A stretch of 64,000 bases of DNA from Magnetococcales bacterium (GTDB lineage Bacteria > Pseudomonadota > Magnetococcia > Magnetococcales > DC0425bin3). Under the pieces are notes generated by a model. That model saw only the letters and a program-made list of their open reading frames with translations, did no database searches and was not told the origin of the DNA. The translations under genes and the position numbers were made by a program. Below, in pieces: positions 48,644 through 57,904 of this stretch (positions are counted from its first letter, which is position 1; each line of letters begins with the position of its first letter). The DNA is taken from the NCBI GenBank assembly GCA_015231175.1, contig JADGBZ010000012.1, positions 11,509 to 75,508 on the forward strand, given 5' to 3'.

Positions 48644-51193
48644 TCAACTTGCCCTGAACAAGTGGCTTTGCAGGGGCTTCCGCAACTCGTGCCGGATGGC
48701 CAACCATCCTGTCAAGGTGAGCAAAACCACCGTGCAACACCAAACCACCAGGCTGCCTTGCGGAAATCCAAACCATCGATCCTGCAACAAGGCGTGGATG
48801 ACAGCAACATGCATGGCCTGGGAAACAATCAGGGATATCGTGGCCACCGCCACTCCCTGTAAAAAAAATTCCAGGAGTGCCATGTGGGTCACTTCGTGAC
48901 GGGATGCCCCCAACAACCTGTACACAGCCCCTTCCAAAGCCCGGCGTTTGCGCACCGCATGCACGGAGACCCATGACACCATCAGGCCGGAAATCAGGGC
49001 CAAGGCTCCCAGAGCCGTTACGGCATGGGCAAGTTTTTCCAGAACGCCCTGCATGGTCTCCATTACTTCCCGGGCCCGGATAACCGTTACGTTGGGAAAA
49101 TCCCGGACCGTCGCCTGATATATGGGCTCCTCCAGTTCCGGGGGCAAGGCCAGAGAGGCAAGCCAGGTTCCCGGCGCCCCCTGCATGAGGTGGGGCGAAA
49201 AGACAACGAAAAAATTGAGTCCCATATCCGACCAGGTCACCTGACGGATACTGCGTACCGGGGCCTCCACAACAACGCCCTGAATGTCAAAAAACAGGGA
49301 GTCCCCCAAATGCAGGTTCAAATCACGCGCCATGCCAGACTCGACGCTCACCCCGTTTTCGTCGGGGGATCTCCACCATTGGCCAGAGAGGATGGGGTTG
49401 TTGGGAGGCAAGGTTGCCGACCAAGTCAGGACATACTCCCGGGCGAAACGCCAGGCCTGGGTCGGCATCACCGAACCCGAATCACCTGCCGCTCCTGCCT
49501 GACGCACCTGGGTCAGCCGACCCCGCACGACCGGGGTGAGGCGCAAGGCGTCCGAATCCACGACCATCGTGCCCACCATTTGCTGAAACGGGGCCACCTG
49601 GTCGGCTTGTATATCGACAAAAAACAACGCAGGAACCCGTTTGGGCAGTTGCGTCTGGATTTGGCGCTCCAGATCCCACTGCACCAACAGAATCGTTGTC
49701 ACCAGGGATACCCCCAAACCCAGTGCCGTGATGGTGGTCACGGAGCCATTTTCGGGCCGCAGTAAAGCTCGAACCGCCCCATTCCAGGCCGGACGGCGTG
49801 GATGCCAACCTTGCAACACATGAAAAATGACCCAAACAAGCATACGCAGCACACCCAGAGCCACCACGGTGATGCCCAAAAACCCCAACGCCAAGCCGGG
49901 CTCACCCGCAACAAAGATGGCCAACGCCACAACGGGCAGTCCAGCCAAAAAAAACGGCCAACCCGAACGCAGACTCCCCTCCCCGACCTCACCCCACCCC
50001 ACGGAGCGAAACAACAATCCGGGAAAAAACTTTCGCGTCTCCCACAGAGGCCCCAGGGCAAAAAGCAGGCTGAGAACGATGCCCAAAACCAGGCCGAAAC
50101 CTGCCAGCAGCAGATGGGGACGGCTGGAAAGATCTTCTGTCAAACCATCTCCCAAAATCAACCCCAGCAGCCAGGGTGTGGCCAACCCCAGACCGGTGCC
50201 AACCCATCCGCCCAGGCCGGCCATCAACAGGACGTGCCAGAAAAAAATATTGAATATCATGGCGTTGTCCGCCCCGAGACACTTCAAGATGGCCACCATT
50301 CTGATCCGTTCCCGCATGTATGCGGAGACGCTTCCGGCGATGGCCAACCCACCTACCAGCAGGGCCATCACCGCCACCAATCCCATAAAAATGGTCAATC
50401 GGCCCAAGAATCGATTGGCGACGGGCTGTTTTTTCCCAGGTGCCAGAATGCGCAAACCCTTCGCATCTGCCCGGGTTTCCAGATCCGCAGCGACCTTCTG
50501 GCAATCCTCACCCGGGGCCAGGCGGAGGGAGGTTACGTACTCCACCCGACTGCCAGGGTGGATCAAATGGGTGGCGGGCACACGATCCAGGTCAAGCCAT
50601 ATGCGGGGTCCAAGGGTAAAAATACGGGTGGCCCGATCCGGTTCCCGTTCCAGGATGGCGCGAATGACAAAGGGGGCATCACCGATGAAGAGACGATCTC
50701 CCAAACGCAGGTGCAGTCGTTCGAGCAGATGGGCTTCCACGACGACCCCACCATCGTGCAAGGCGGCTGCAAGCTCACCGCCACCGCGCAGTGCCACGCG
50801 CCCTCGTAAAGGGTACTGCGCCGTCACCGCCTTGACCTCGACCAATTGGCTCGCTGTTCCTGTCGCCGAACGAGCCATGGCGTTGAACTCCAGACTCTTG
50901 GCCGCCGTCCATCCCGGGCGTTGCAGATGGGTTGCGACCCACGCATCCATGGGGAAAGCCCCCTCGATGCGGATATCCGCCGCCAACATGGCGCGGGTTT
51001 CGGCCTCAACCCGGGCACGCAGCGAGTCGCCTGCGAGCACTACCCCCACCAGGATCCACACCCCCAGCGCAACTGTAACAAAAAACAGCGCCCCGCCACG
51101 GGGATCGGACCGCAGCAACCTCCAGGCGAGCGCCCCCCCTGACCAAAATCCCAACTTTCTTGATGCGCTATGGATATCTGGCATTTTGGTCAT
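48644..51193 (-). CDS. FtsX-like ABC transporter permease (YbbP-like, duplicated FtsX domains)
   Basis: 849 aa with two FtsX-type TM bundles separated by periplasmic domains. Collinear with E. coli YbbP and lies downstream of the ybbA-like ATPase. Confidence 0.85.
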   Translation of the reverse strand: MTKMPDIHSASRKLGFWSGGALAWRLLRSDPRGGALFFVTVALGVWILVGVVLAGDSLRARVEAETRAMLAADIRIEGAFPMDAWVATHLQRPGWTAAKSLEFNAMARSATGTASQLVEVKAVTAQYPLRGRVALRGGGELAAALHDGGVVVEAHLLERLHLRLGDRLFIGDAPFVIRAILEREPDRATRIFTLGPRIWLDLDRVPATHLIHPGSRVEYVTSLRLAPGEDCQKVAADLETRADAKGLRILAPGKKQPVANRFLGRLTIFMGLVAVMALLVGGLAIAGSVSAYMRERIRMVAILKCLGADNAMIFNIFFWHVLLMAGLGGWVGTGLGLATPWLLGLILGDGLTEDLSSRPHLLLAGFGLVLGIVLSLLFALGPLWETRKFFPGLLFRSVGWGEVGEGSLRSGWPFFLAGLPVVALAIFVAGEPGLALGFLGITVVALGVLRMLVWVIFHVLQGWHPRRPAWNGAVRALLRPENGSVTTITALGLGVSLVTTILLVQWDLERQIQTQLPKRVPALFFVDIQADQVAPFQQMVGTMVVDSDALRLTPVVRGRLTQVRQAGAAGDSGSVMPTQAWRFAREYVLTWSATLPPNNPILSGQWWRSPDENGVSVESGMARDLNLHLGDSLFFDIQGVVVEAPVRSIRQVTWSDMGLNFFVVFSPHLMQGAPGTWLASLALPPELEEPIYQATVRDFPNVTVIRAREVMETMQGVLEKLAHAVTALGALALISGLMVSWVSVHAVRKRRALEGAVYRLLGASRHEVTHMALLEFFLQGVAVATISLIVSQAMHVAVIHALLQDRWFGFPQGSLVVWCCTVVLLTLTGWLAIRHELRKPLQSHLFRAS

Positions 51194-51194
51194 G

Positions 51195-51260
51195 ACTCAC
51201 CACCCGGCAACGCATCGGGATAATGTGGTGAATAGTTGCCACCCTTTCAAGAAAAACCTG
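51195..51260. repeat. MITE-like mosaic H (inverted right-module fragment plus left end of another copy)
   Basis: GACTCACCACCCGGCAACGCATCGGGA followed by GGTGAATAGTTGCCACCCTTTCAAGAAAAACCTGA. The second part contains the last codons and stop of the ybbA-like gene. Confidence 0.65.
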
Positions 51261-51918
51261 ACGAGGTGATGACACCATTTTCCAGACGCAAACAGCGCTG
51301 CGTCCGTCGTGCCAACTCCTGGTCATGTGTGACCAGCAGCATGGTCGTCCCCCACTGCGCCACCAGACCGAACAGCAGCTCCACCACCCGCACGCTGGTC
51401 TGGCGATCCAGGTTTCCGGTGAGTTCGTCGGCCAGAATCAGGACAGGCCTGGTGACGAACGCCCGGGCGATGGCGACACGTTGTTGTTCTCCACCGGAAA
51501 GGTGTACCGGTCGGTGCCGCAACCGATGGGCCAAACCCACTTGCTCCAACATCTCTCTGGCCCGATCTCTGGCATCAGGGATGGCGGACAATTCGAGCGG
51601 CAACGCCACATTTTCCAGGGCCGTCAGGAATGGCAGCAAATGGAAAGCCTGAAAAACCATTCCCAGGCGTTCGCGGCGAAACCTGGCCAGTCGATCCGGA
51701 TCCTGGGCCCCCAGATCAAGACCGTCAACTTCGACGCGACCCGAAACAGGTCGCTCCACACCGGCAAGCAGGGAGAGAAGCGACGACTTGCCACTGCCGG
51801 AAGGCCCCATCAGGCCAACCACCTCTCCGGGGTTGACGTGCAGATCGACCCCGCGCAAGATCACAATCGTGTCGGAGCCATGGGAGACTGAATAGGTGAC
51901 GGAGTCCAATCGGATCAT
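51247..51918 (-). CDS. ABC transporter ATP-binding protein (YbbA-like)
   Basis: Internal ATG at 51918 gives MIRLDSVTYS...; Walker A GPSGSGKSS, LSGGEQQRVAIARA, Walker B ILADELTGNLD. Confidence 0.9.
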   Translation of the reverse strand: MIRLDSVTYSVSHGSDTIVILRGVDLHVNPGEVVGLMGPSGSGKSSLLSLLAGVERPVSGRVEVDGLDLGAQDPDRLARFRRERLGMVFQAFHLLPFLTALENVALPLELSAIPDARDRAREMLEQVGLAHRLRHRPVHLSGGEQQRVAIARAFVTRPVLILADELTGNLDRQTSVRVVELLFGLVAQWGTTMLLVTHDQELARRTQRCLRLENGVITSSGFS

Positions 51919-51982
51919 GTGTACATTTTGGCAAGCATTCCTTTCACCCTCAAGCCGAATTCCCCTGCAAGCCTGCTTTTTC

Positions 51983-52573
51983 ATGTTTTTGACCTTGTTG
52001 CTCCCCGGCGAGGGGTGGTCCGGGAGTGCGCCCGTCATTCTCTGCCTGGGCGACAGCCTCACAGCCGGCCTGGGCCTCACCCAGGAGGAGAGTTATCCCG
52101 GGCTGTTGCAAAAACGTTTGCAGGATCGGGGTTATCCACACCGGGTCATCAACGCCGGAGTCTCTGGTGACACCTCATCCGGGGTGTTGCACCGGTTGGA
52201 GTGGACCTTGCGCAGCAATCCTTCTCTGGTCATCCTGGTCATCGGGGCCAATGATGGCCTGCGGGGTCTCCCCCTGGAGCAGATGGAAAACAACATTGAC
52301 CGCACTCTCGTTCACCTGCAAAAAAAGGGGATTCGTGTCCTCCTGGGGGGGATGCGGGTGCCGCCCAATTATGGCACCGACTACACTCAGGCCTTCGCCG
52401 CAGTGTACCCCCGGCTGGCCAGCAAACGAGGTGTCCCTTTGCTTCCCTTTTTTCTTGCCGGCGTGGCCGGGCAGCCCCCGTTGAACCAGCCGGATGGCAT
52501 CCACCCCAACCCCGAGGGTTATCGGATTATTCTGGAAAATGTCTGGTCCATTCTGGCAGGATTGCTGCCATGA
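51983..52573 (+). CDS. TesA-like SGNH/GDSL esterase (second paralog)
   Basis: LGDSLTAG, AGVSGDTS, GANDG, DGIHPN. Divergent from the ybbA-like gene, as in E. coli tesA/ybbA. Alternative ATG at 51917. Confidence 0.8.
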   Translation: MFLTLLLPGEGWSGSAPVILCLGDSLTAGLGLTQEESYPGLLQKRLQDRGYPHRVINAGVSGDTSSGVLHRLEWTLRSNPSLVILVIGANDGLRGLPLEQMENNIDRTLVHLQKKGIRVLLGGMRVPPNYGTDYTQAFAAVYPRLASKRGVPLLPFFLAGVAGQPPLNQPDGIHPNPEGYRIILENVWSILAGLLP

Positions 52574-52605
52574 TCGCCCACCCACATTACCCTGGAGCAT
52601 GAATC

Positions 52606-53043
52606 ATGTCTGCCAAACCTGCCCTTAAACGTTTTGTCGTTGCCATGGTGCTGGGAGTTGCATTCGGCTACCTTTGCGCCTACCTGGCCGGTCGCCATCA
52701 GCCCGAACTTCTCTCCCTGACCCACCCCATTTTTTGGACCATCATGAGCGACCGTATTTTGATTGGCCTGGTCGTCGCCCTGGCTGGAGCCTATACGATG
52801 CATCCGGTTTTTGGTTTTCCATTCCGTCCCTGGGTACGGGGGTCGTGCCTGGGCATGATGGTCTCCATTCCTCTGGCTGCGGGATCCTTGAACGCGCCCG
52901 CCACTCCCATGGCTTCTCCCTGGCTGATTTTCATTCTCACACTGGTCAGCGGCGGGATATACGGTCTCGTCATCGATCTGCTGGCAACCAGGATAGGTGG
53001 CCAGGGGGCGGCGTTGCTGGGCAACGACCCGTCAGGCGCCTGA
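52606..53043 (+). CDS. Small integral membrane protein (about 4 TM), unknown function
   Basis: Four hydrophobic segments. Its stop lies 2 nt before the next start (TGATCATG), which suggests an operon with the aminotransferase. Confidence 0.55.
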   Translation: MSAKPALKRFVVAMVLGVAFGYLCAYLAGRHQPELLSLTHPIFWTIMSDRILIGLVVALAGAYTMHPVFGFPFRPWVRGSCLGMMVSIPLAAGSLNAPATPMASPWLIFILTLVSGGIYGLVIDLLATRIGGQGAALLGNDPSGA

Positions 53044-53045
53044 TC

Positions 53046-54218
53046 ATGACCCACGGAAACGAGATCGAACCGACCCCTCTCCGCGAAGAGTTCGAGCAGC
53101 GTGCTGGTCTGGTCTATTTCAACCATGCGGGTGTAGCGCCTTTGCCGCGACGTTCGGTCCGCATCATCGCCAAGTTGGCTGAACATATGGCGCAACACGG
53201 CGCATCCCGCTACCATGAACTCAATGCGGTCCATGAAGGGGCCAGGCAGAGATGCGCTCGCCTGCTGGATGTCCCCGCCCGACACATCGCCTTTGTGCCC
53301 AACACCTCCGAGGGACTCTCGTTTGTGGGTTTGGGAGTGGATTGGCACGCCGGAGATGAAATTGTCACCACCGATCAGGAGTTTCCTTCCAATATCGTGA
53401 TTTGGCTGGATTTGGCCCGTCGCCACGGCCTGAAGGTGCATCAAGTTCCCTCGGGCAGCAATGGCCGGGTGGATGCGTTAGCGCTATTGGAACGAGTCAA
53501 CGCCCGGACACGGGTGGTCACAGTCAGCTCGGTCCAGTTTGGTACCGGCGCGGTGGTGGATTTGCAGCGTATCGGCGCGGCTCTGCGTGCAACATCGACC
53601 TTGTTTGTTGTGGATGGCATCCAGAGTCTTGGCATCCTTCCCACCTATTCGGCCACACTCGGCATCGATGCCTTGTGCGCCGATGGCCATAAATGGCTTT
53701 TGGGTCCGGAAGGGTGCGGCTTGCTTTACCTTTCTGAAAAGGGTCTGGAACAGATCCAGCCTCGGGTTGTTGGCTGGCACTCGGTGGCCAATGCCGGCCA
53801 ATATCAGCACATCTGTATCGATCCCCGGGAGGATTGCCGCCGCTTCGAGGCCGGCTCTCCCAACTTGTTGGGGGCTGCCGCTCTGGGGGAGAGTGTGGGT
53901 CTGCTCCTGGAGGCGGGCGTGGAGCATGTCCAGGAAAGGGTGCAGCGACTGGTGGCTGCATTGACCACGGGTTTGCGCGATCTGGGCTGCATCATCCATA
54001 CCCCTGTGGAGCAGGATGGATTCCCGGGCGCTGGCATCCTGGTCTTTTCGCATCCGGCGAAGCCGTCACCGGTCATGCATCGGGAATTGACCTCCCGGAA
54101 TATTTATCATGCGTTGCGGGGGGCCGGTCTCCGTTTTTCCCCGCATTTTTACCAGGATACCAGGGATGTCTCTCTTGCCCTGGCCGCAGTTGCAGAGGCA
54201 TTGTCAGCCCAGGGGTAG
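53046..54218 (+). CDS. Class V aminotransferase-fold PLP enzyme (cysteine desulfurase/SufS-like superfamily)
   Basis: ATG at 53046 within ORF 52674..54218. NHAGVAPLP; PLP-lysine context DALCADGHKWLLGPEG. Confidence 0.85.
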   Translation: MTHGNEIEPTPLREEFEQRAGLVYFNHAGVAPLPRRSVRIIAKLAEHMAQHGASRYHELNAVHEGARQRCARLLDVPARHIAFVPNTSEGLSFVGLGVDWHAGDEIVTTDQEFPSNIVIWLDLARRHGLKVHQVPSGSNGRVDALALLERVNARTRVVTVSSVQFGTGAVVDLQRIGAALRATSTLFVVDGIQSLGILPTYSATLGIDALCADGHKWLLGPEGCGLLYLSEKGLEQIQPRVVGWHSVANAGQYQHICIDPREDCRRFEAGSPNLLGAAALGESVGLLLEAGVEHVQERVQRLVAALTTGLRDLGCIIHTPVEQDGFPGAGILVFSHPAKPSPVMHRELTSRNIYHALRGAGLRFSPHFYQDTRDVSLALAAVAEALSAQG

Positions 54219-54240
54219 TGCCCCACACCCAAAAAACGAT

Positions 54241-54650
54241 TGAAAAACTGGAATGGAGGTCCAGGAGGAAGGGCTGCGCCCTTCCTCCTGGTGGGGTTCG
54301 GGGCGAAGCCCTGACAAAGGCTTTCATTCCAAGACTTTATCTTGAAACGACTGAAAAACTGGGATGGAGGTCCAGGAGGAAGGGCTGCGCCCTTCCTCCT
54401 GGTGGGGTTCGGGGCGAAGCCCTGACAAAGGCTTTCATTCCCAGACTTTATCTTGAAACGATTGAAAAACTGGGATGGAGGTCCAGGAGGAAGGGCTGCG
54501 CCCTTCCTCCTGCTGGGGTTCGGGGCAAAGCCCTGACAAAGGCTTTCATTCCCAGACTTTATCTTGAAACGACTGAAAAACTGGGATGGAGGTCCAGGAG
54601 GAAGGGCTGCGCCCTTCCTCCTGGTGGGGTTCGGGGCGAAGCCCTGACAA
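54241..54650 (-). repeat. Tandem array of type-2 MITE-like units (3 full units of 111 bp and 1 truncated unit)
   Basis: Units start at 54241, 54352, 54463 and 54574 and differ by a few substitutions. Each carries the core and the 14-bp-stem hairpin CCAGGAGGAAGGGC-TGC-GCCCTTCCTCCTGG. Confidence 0.9.
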
Positions 54651-54654
54651 ATAT

Positions 54655-56652
54655 TCAGGAAACGACGCGCAATTCACGACGCAGGTGCATCATGCCGCCC
54701 ATTTCAAGAAACCGGCTGAAATTTCTGACGGAGAGATCTTTTTTGCCCCCCACCAGGAGGTGATGTCGGCAAAACTCTACGGCCTGGGGGTTGCGTTGGA
54801 TGACCACATCCAACAAGCCCGCCCCTTCAGGGCAAAGGTTGGGGTACAGGTAACGAAGCGTGTCGGCTGGCGCCTTTTCCTGCCATTCAATCGGACTCTC
54901 CAGGGGATCTTTGCACAAAAGCAGGGTCGACAAGCGGCAGATACCTTGCAAGTGCGCCTGAACCTCCGGGGCTGTATCAGACAAGGCAATCCGGAGGCGT
55001 TCGTTGATGACCCTCTCCAAGGCCATAAAGGTGGCCTCTTTTTGATACACCTGGGCACAAAAGGCAAAGTTGAGTTTCAGGAATTCATCGACCATTTTGC
55101 CATAATGTTCGGGCTGCTCATAATGCTGCAACATCTCCTTTTCCGTTGCAAACCACTCGGCCTGGGAGAGTGCGCGCATCTCTGCAAAAAGAGGTTGCAA
55201 TACAGGGTCGTCCGTCTGAGCAACCTGTTGCAGGACGGACCCAGGATTGCAGCCGTGTTCGAGGCCAAACCGCAACTGGGGACGAAAAAATCCGGCGTTC
55301 CAACAAAAATAGATCAGCCAATGCAGCACTTTAAAGCTGTTGAGTTCGGTTTCCGTCATATCCTGCGTTGCCCGGACCGACTCTTCCACCTCAAAGACAC
55401 GTTGGCCATGATAAACCCCATAGGCCCCGAAAATGGGACGGAACCGGGTCTCAATCCGATACTCCCGACGAAAAGAGTCCGACTCGTAATCGGTGCCGGG
55501 AAGAAGGCGGATATTGATCGGATCGATTCTGGCAAAGCCAAGGGCGAAAGCCTCTTGCAAGGTCTTCAAATGGCTGGCTGCACTCTCCCCGGGAAGTCCG
55601 ATCAAAATATCGGTGCTGAGTTCCAACCCCCGTTCCCGATAAGCAAGGATTTGTTCATGGAGGCGCTGAAATTTAATCTGCCCCCGTCCTGTTTTCTCCA
55701 GGACTTCCGGATCTGTCGACTGCAAGGCAATCGTGGACTGAATGGCGAAAGTTCCCTGGGAGGCATCCCCCCGAAATGTATCCGATATCTCAAGATTTCT
55801 CTGGGTGGTGTTTTTGGCGGACCACACCGTCACGTAGTGAGGCGAGCCATTTTTGATGCGCAAGGATTGAATCTTGCGCGCAATGTCCAGATCCCGCTTC
55901 AGCAGGCCAAAATTGGCATCGGCAAAGATCCAGTTGGAGCGGACGGCGGCATGTTCGGCAACGTAATCAAGCTCCGCCTCGACCACGGCGAGGGGGCGTT
56001 GGCGCAATTTGGAGAGATTCCCGGCGCCCCATTCGCAATAGATGCAACCATAGGGACAGCCCCGGGTGGTCTCCAGCAGGGGGATCATCTCCCCGTTGGC
56101 AAGGAATGGATCCAACCAACCGGTCAGGTAAGGGCTGGGGCCCCGGATTTCCCGGGGCTGGGAGCTGTACTCCACGGGCCGATACAGAAGTCCGTCTTTC
56201 CAGCGTCCCGCCACACCCGATGGCAGATCCTCCGGCGAGGCCTGTTGCAAAATATGATGGACCAGATGGGTCAGAGGCTCTTCCCCTTCGTGCAGAATGT
56301 AGTAATCCAGAGAGGGTCTTGCCTGTAAAAATGTCAAGATATCCGCCGGATCATGACGGATCTGCGGCCCCCCCATGACAGTCACCATGGCGGGGTTCAA
56401 CTCCTTGCCGAGCGTCAAAAACAAATTTCCCAACCGTGTATTCCAACTGTAGTTGCTGACGCCGAGGATATCTGGCGCCTGCTGACGCATGGCCCTTTCA
56501 AGATCCGTGGGATATTTGAACAATTGGATCGTGACAGAAGATTCGAAGCGTTCTGCAAGGCTGGCAGCGAGGTAGGCAATATTCAGAGGGACAACGTAAT
56601 TTGTCTTGATGGTATCGTAAACCAGATCGGCCAGATAGATTTTCACGCGCAA
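54655..56652 (-). CDS. B12-binding-domain radical SAM protein (class B-like)
   Basis: N-terminal Rossmann-like B12-binding region (DILGVSNYSW), radical SAM cluster TTRGCPYGCIYCEWG, and a long C-terminal domain. Confidence 0.85.
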   Translation of the reverse strand: MRVKIYLADLVYDTIKTNYVVPLNIAYLAASLAERFESSVTIQLFKYPTDLERAMRQQAPDILGVSNYSWNTRLGNLFLTLGKELNPAMVTVMGGPQIRHDPADILTFLQARPSLDYYILHEGEEPLTHLVHHILQQASPEDLPSGVAGRWKDGLLYRPVEYSSQPREIRGPSPYLTGWLDPFLANGEMIPLLETTRGCPYGCIYCEWGAGNLSKLRQRPLAVVEAELDYVAEHAAVRSNWIFADANFGLLKRDLDIARKIQSLRIKNGSPHYVTVWSAKNTTQRNLEISDTFRGDASQGTFAIQSTIALQSTDPEVLEKTGRGQIKFQRLHEQILAYRERGLELSTDILIGLPGESAASHLKTLQEAFALGFARIDPINIRLLPGTDYESDSFRREYRIETRFRPIFGAYGVYHGQRVFEVEESVRATQDMTETELNSFKVLHWLIYFCWNAGFFRPQLRFGLEHGCNPGSVLQQVAQTDDPVLQPLFAEMRALSQAEWFATEKEMLQHYEQPEHYGKMVDEFLKLNFAFCAQVYQKEATFMALERVINERLRIALSDTAPEVQAHLQGICRLSTLLLCKDPLESPIEWQEKAPADTLRYLYPNLCPEGAGLLDVVIQRNPQAVEFCRHHLLVGGKKDLSVRNFSRFLEMGGMMHLRRELRVVS

Positions 56653-56679
56653 AATTTCCCGTTTTTACGTGGTCCTTTT

Positions 56680-56826
56680 GTAACTATTCACCACCTTTTC
56701 AAAAAAAGCCTGGACAGGAAAGCCTTTGTCAGGGCTTCGCCCCGAACCCCACCAAGACGCTGTCCTGGACCTGCCAGGGAGCCAGCCCCCTGGACCCCGA
56801 TTCGTTGCCGGATGGTGAATAGTTAC
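56680..56826 (+). mobile_element. MITE-like element copy J (type 1, 147 bp, reference copy)
   Basis: Terminal inverted repeats GTAACTATTCACCACC / GGATGGTGAATAGTTAC, with all internal modules. Its last bases provide the stop codon of the methyltransferase gene. Confidence 0.85.
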
Positions 56827-57464
56827 ATCCTTTTTTCAAAAACCCACCAGGTTGGATTATCAAGACCTGTCAACCGTTTCCAGAAAAATCCATAATCCAC
56901 GACCTGGAGATCAGAAAAGTTATCCATCCAGAAGCCGCCAAAATCGCGCTTGAAAAGAAGGTCGTCGTGTCCACGATAGTGAATGGTTTCCGGCTTGTCG
57001 GAAAAATACTCGATGCAGGCGATATAACGGCGGGAGACCCGATGGATCTCCTTGCAGGAGGCCAGCAAATGATCCGGATGGATATGGATCATGACACCAC
57101 TGGTGAAGGCCAGATCGACAGCCTTGTCGGGAAGGGGAATATGGGCAGCAAATCCATCCAGGGCGTGGGTGGCAGGAAGGACGCCATCCGTTACCAGCCG
57201 CTGGCGGCTCTCTGCGTTGGGTTCGACGGCGAAAAGCTCCGCATCGGTCAAACGGCGCAACGCCCGCATGACCAGCCCGACATTGGCACCCACTTCAAGG
57301 ATGGATTGCGGTGGAGCGCCGTCCATGCAACCAAGTACCCTTGCCCAAACCTTGACCCGTTCGTGAAGCCGCTTTTCCGTGACCTGATTGCGCTCCCGGT
57401 AGTCATGGCCAAACGCGCCGCGCCACTGTTCAAGCTGTCTGCTCTGCTCCGGGGGGGTTGTCAT
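56823..57464 (-). CDS. Class I SAM-dependent methyltransferase (resembles pseudaminic-acid-biosynthesis-associated methylases)
   Basis: WRGAFGHDYRERN N-terminus, SAM motif ILEVGANVG, LFKRDF near the C-terminus. The family assignment is from memory of TIGR03587-type proteins. Confidence 0.75.
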   Translation of the reverse strand: MTTPPEQSRQLEQWRGAFGHDYRERNQVTEKRLHERVKVWARVLGCMDGAPPQSILEVGANVGLVMRALRRLTDAELFAVEPNAESRQRLVTDGVLPATHALDGFAAHIPLPDKAVDLAFTSGVMIHIHPDHLLASCKEIHRVSRRYIACIEYFSDKPETIHYRGHDDLLFKRDFGGFWMDNFSDLQVVDYGFFWKRLTGLDNPTWWVFEKRM

Positions 57465-57597
57465 GAGCTTTCATCCTTTCTGAAGGCAAATTTTAATAAC
57501 CAGGGGAGCCGGATTGTAACGCCAAATTTTCCGCAGGAACACCCGCCATGCATCCGCCCTCCTGCAAGGTCGCGACATGCCAACAATGACAAATGAT

Positions 57598-57904
57598 TCA
57601 TCCACAGGCAAAATCAGGGCCAGAAAAAGAGGATCAGAAATTTACATAGACCCATTCACGCATTTCACTTACGTATCCTATTAAAAATATTAACAATATA
57701 TTGTCGGAGCGGGGATTATTCCCATGCATAAGCCTCTGGCAAGAGGAATCCTCCCCAAGCCATCAACATGATATCCACAGTGTTATCCACAGGTCAAAAG
57801 GAGATCGCCAAAATTTGCTTAAATTTTAATCATTTTATTAAATCCAACTTGAATAACAACTTGTTACATAAACTCTTCATCGGTTATCCACAACCTGTTC
57901 CACA
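57598..57904 (+). promoter_or_regulatory. Cluster of five co-oriented DnaA-box-like 9-mers flanking an AT-rich tract (oriC-like or DnaA-regulated region)
   Basis: TCATCCACA 57598-606, ATATCCACA 57771-779, TTATCCACA 57783-791, TTATCCACA 57884-892, TGTTCCACA 57896-904. The tract 57811-57880 has 14 G+C out of 70 by my count. Confidence 0.5.

Noticed and set aside
54241-54650. Possible CRISPR array.
   Set aside because: The whole 111-bp unit repeats, so there are no unique spacers. No cas genes or leader are present, and the unit belongs to the dispersed repeat family.
53834-54763. A 309-aa ORF that reads through the tandem array and encodes a repeated peptide (EKLGWRSRRKGCALPPGGVRGEALTKAFIPRLYLETT).
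   Set aside because: The periodicity only reflects the 111-bp DNA repeat. The ORF overlaps the well-supported aminotransferase 3-prime end in another frame. Other copies of the same repeat lie in different frames and orientations.
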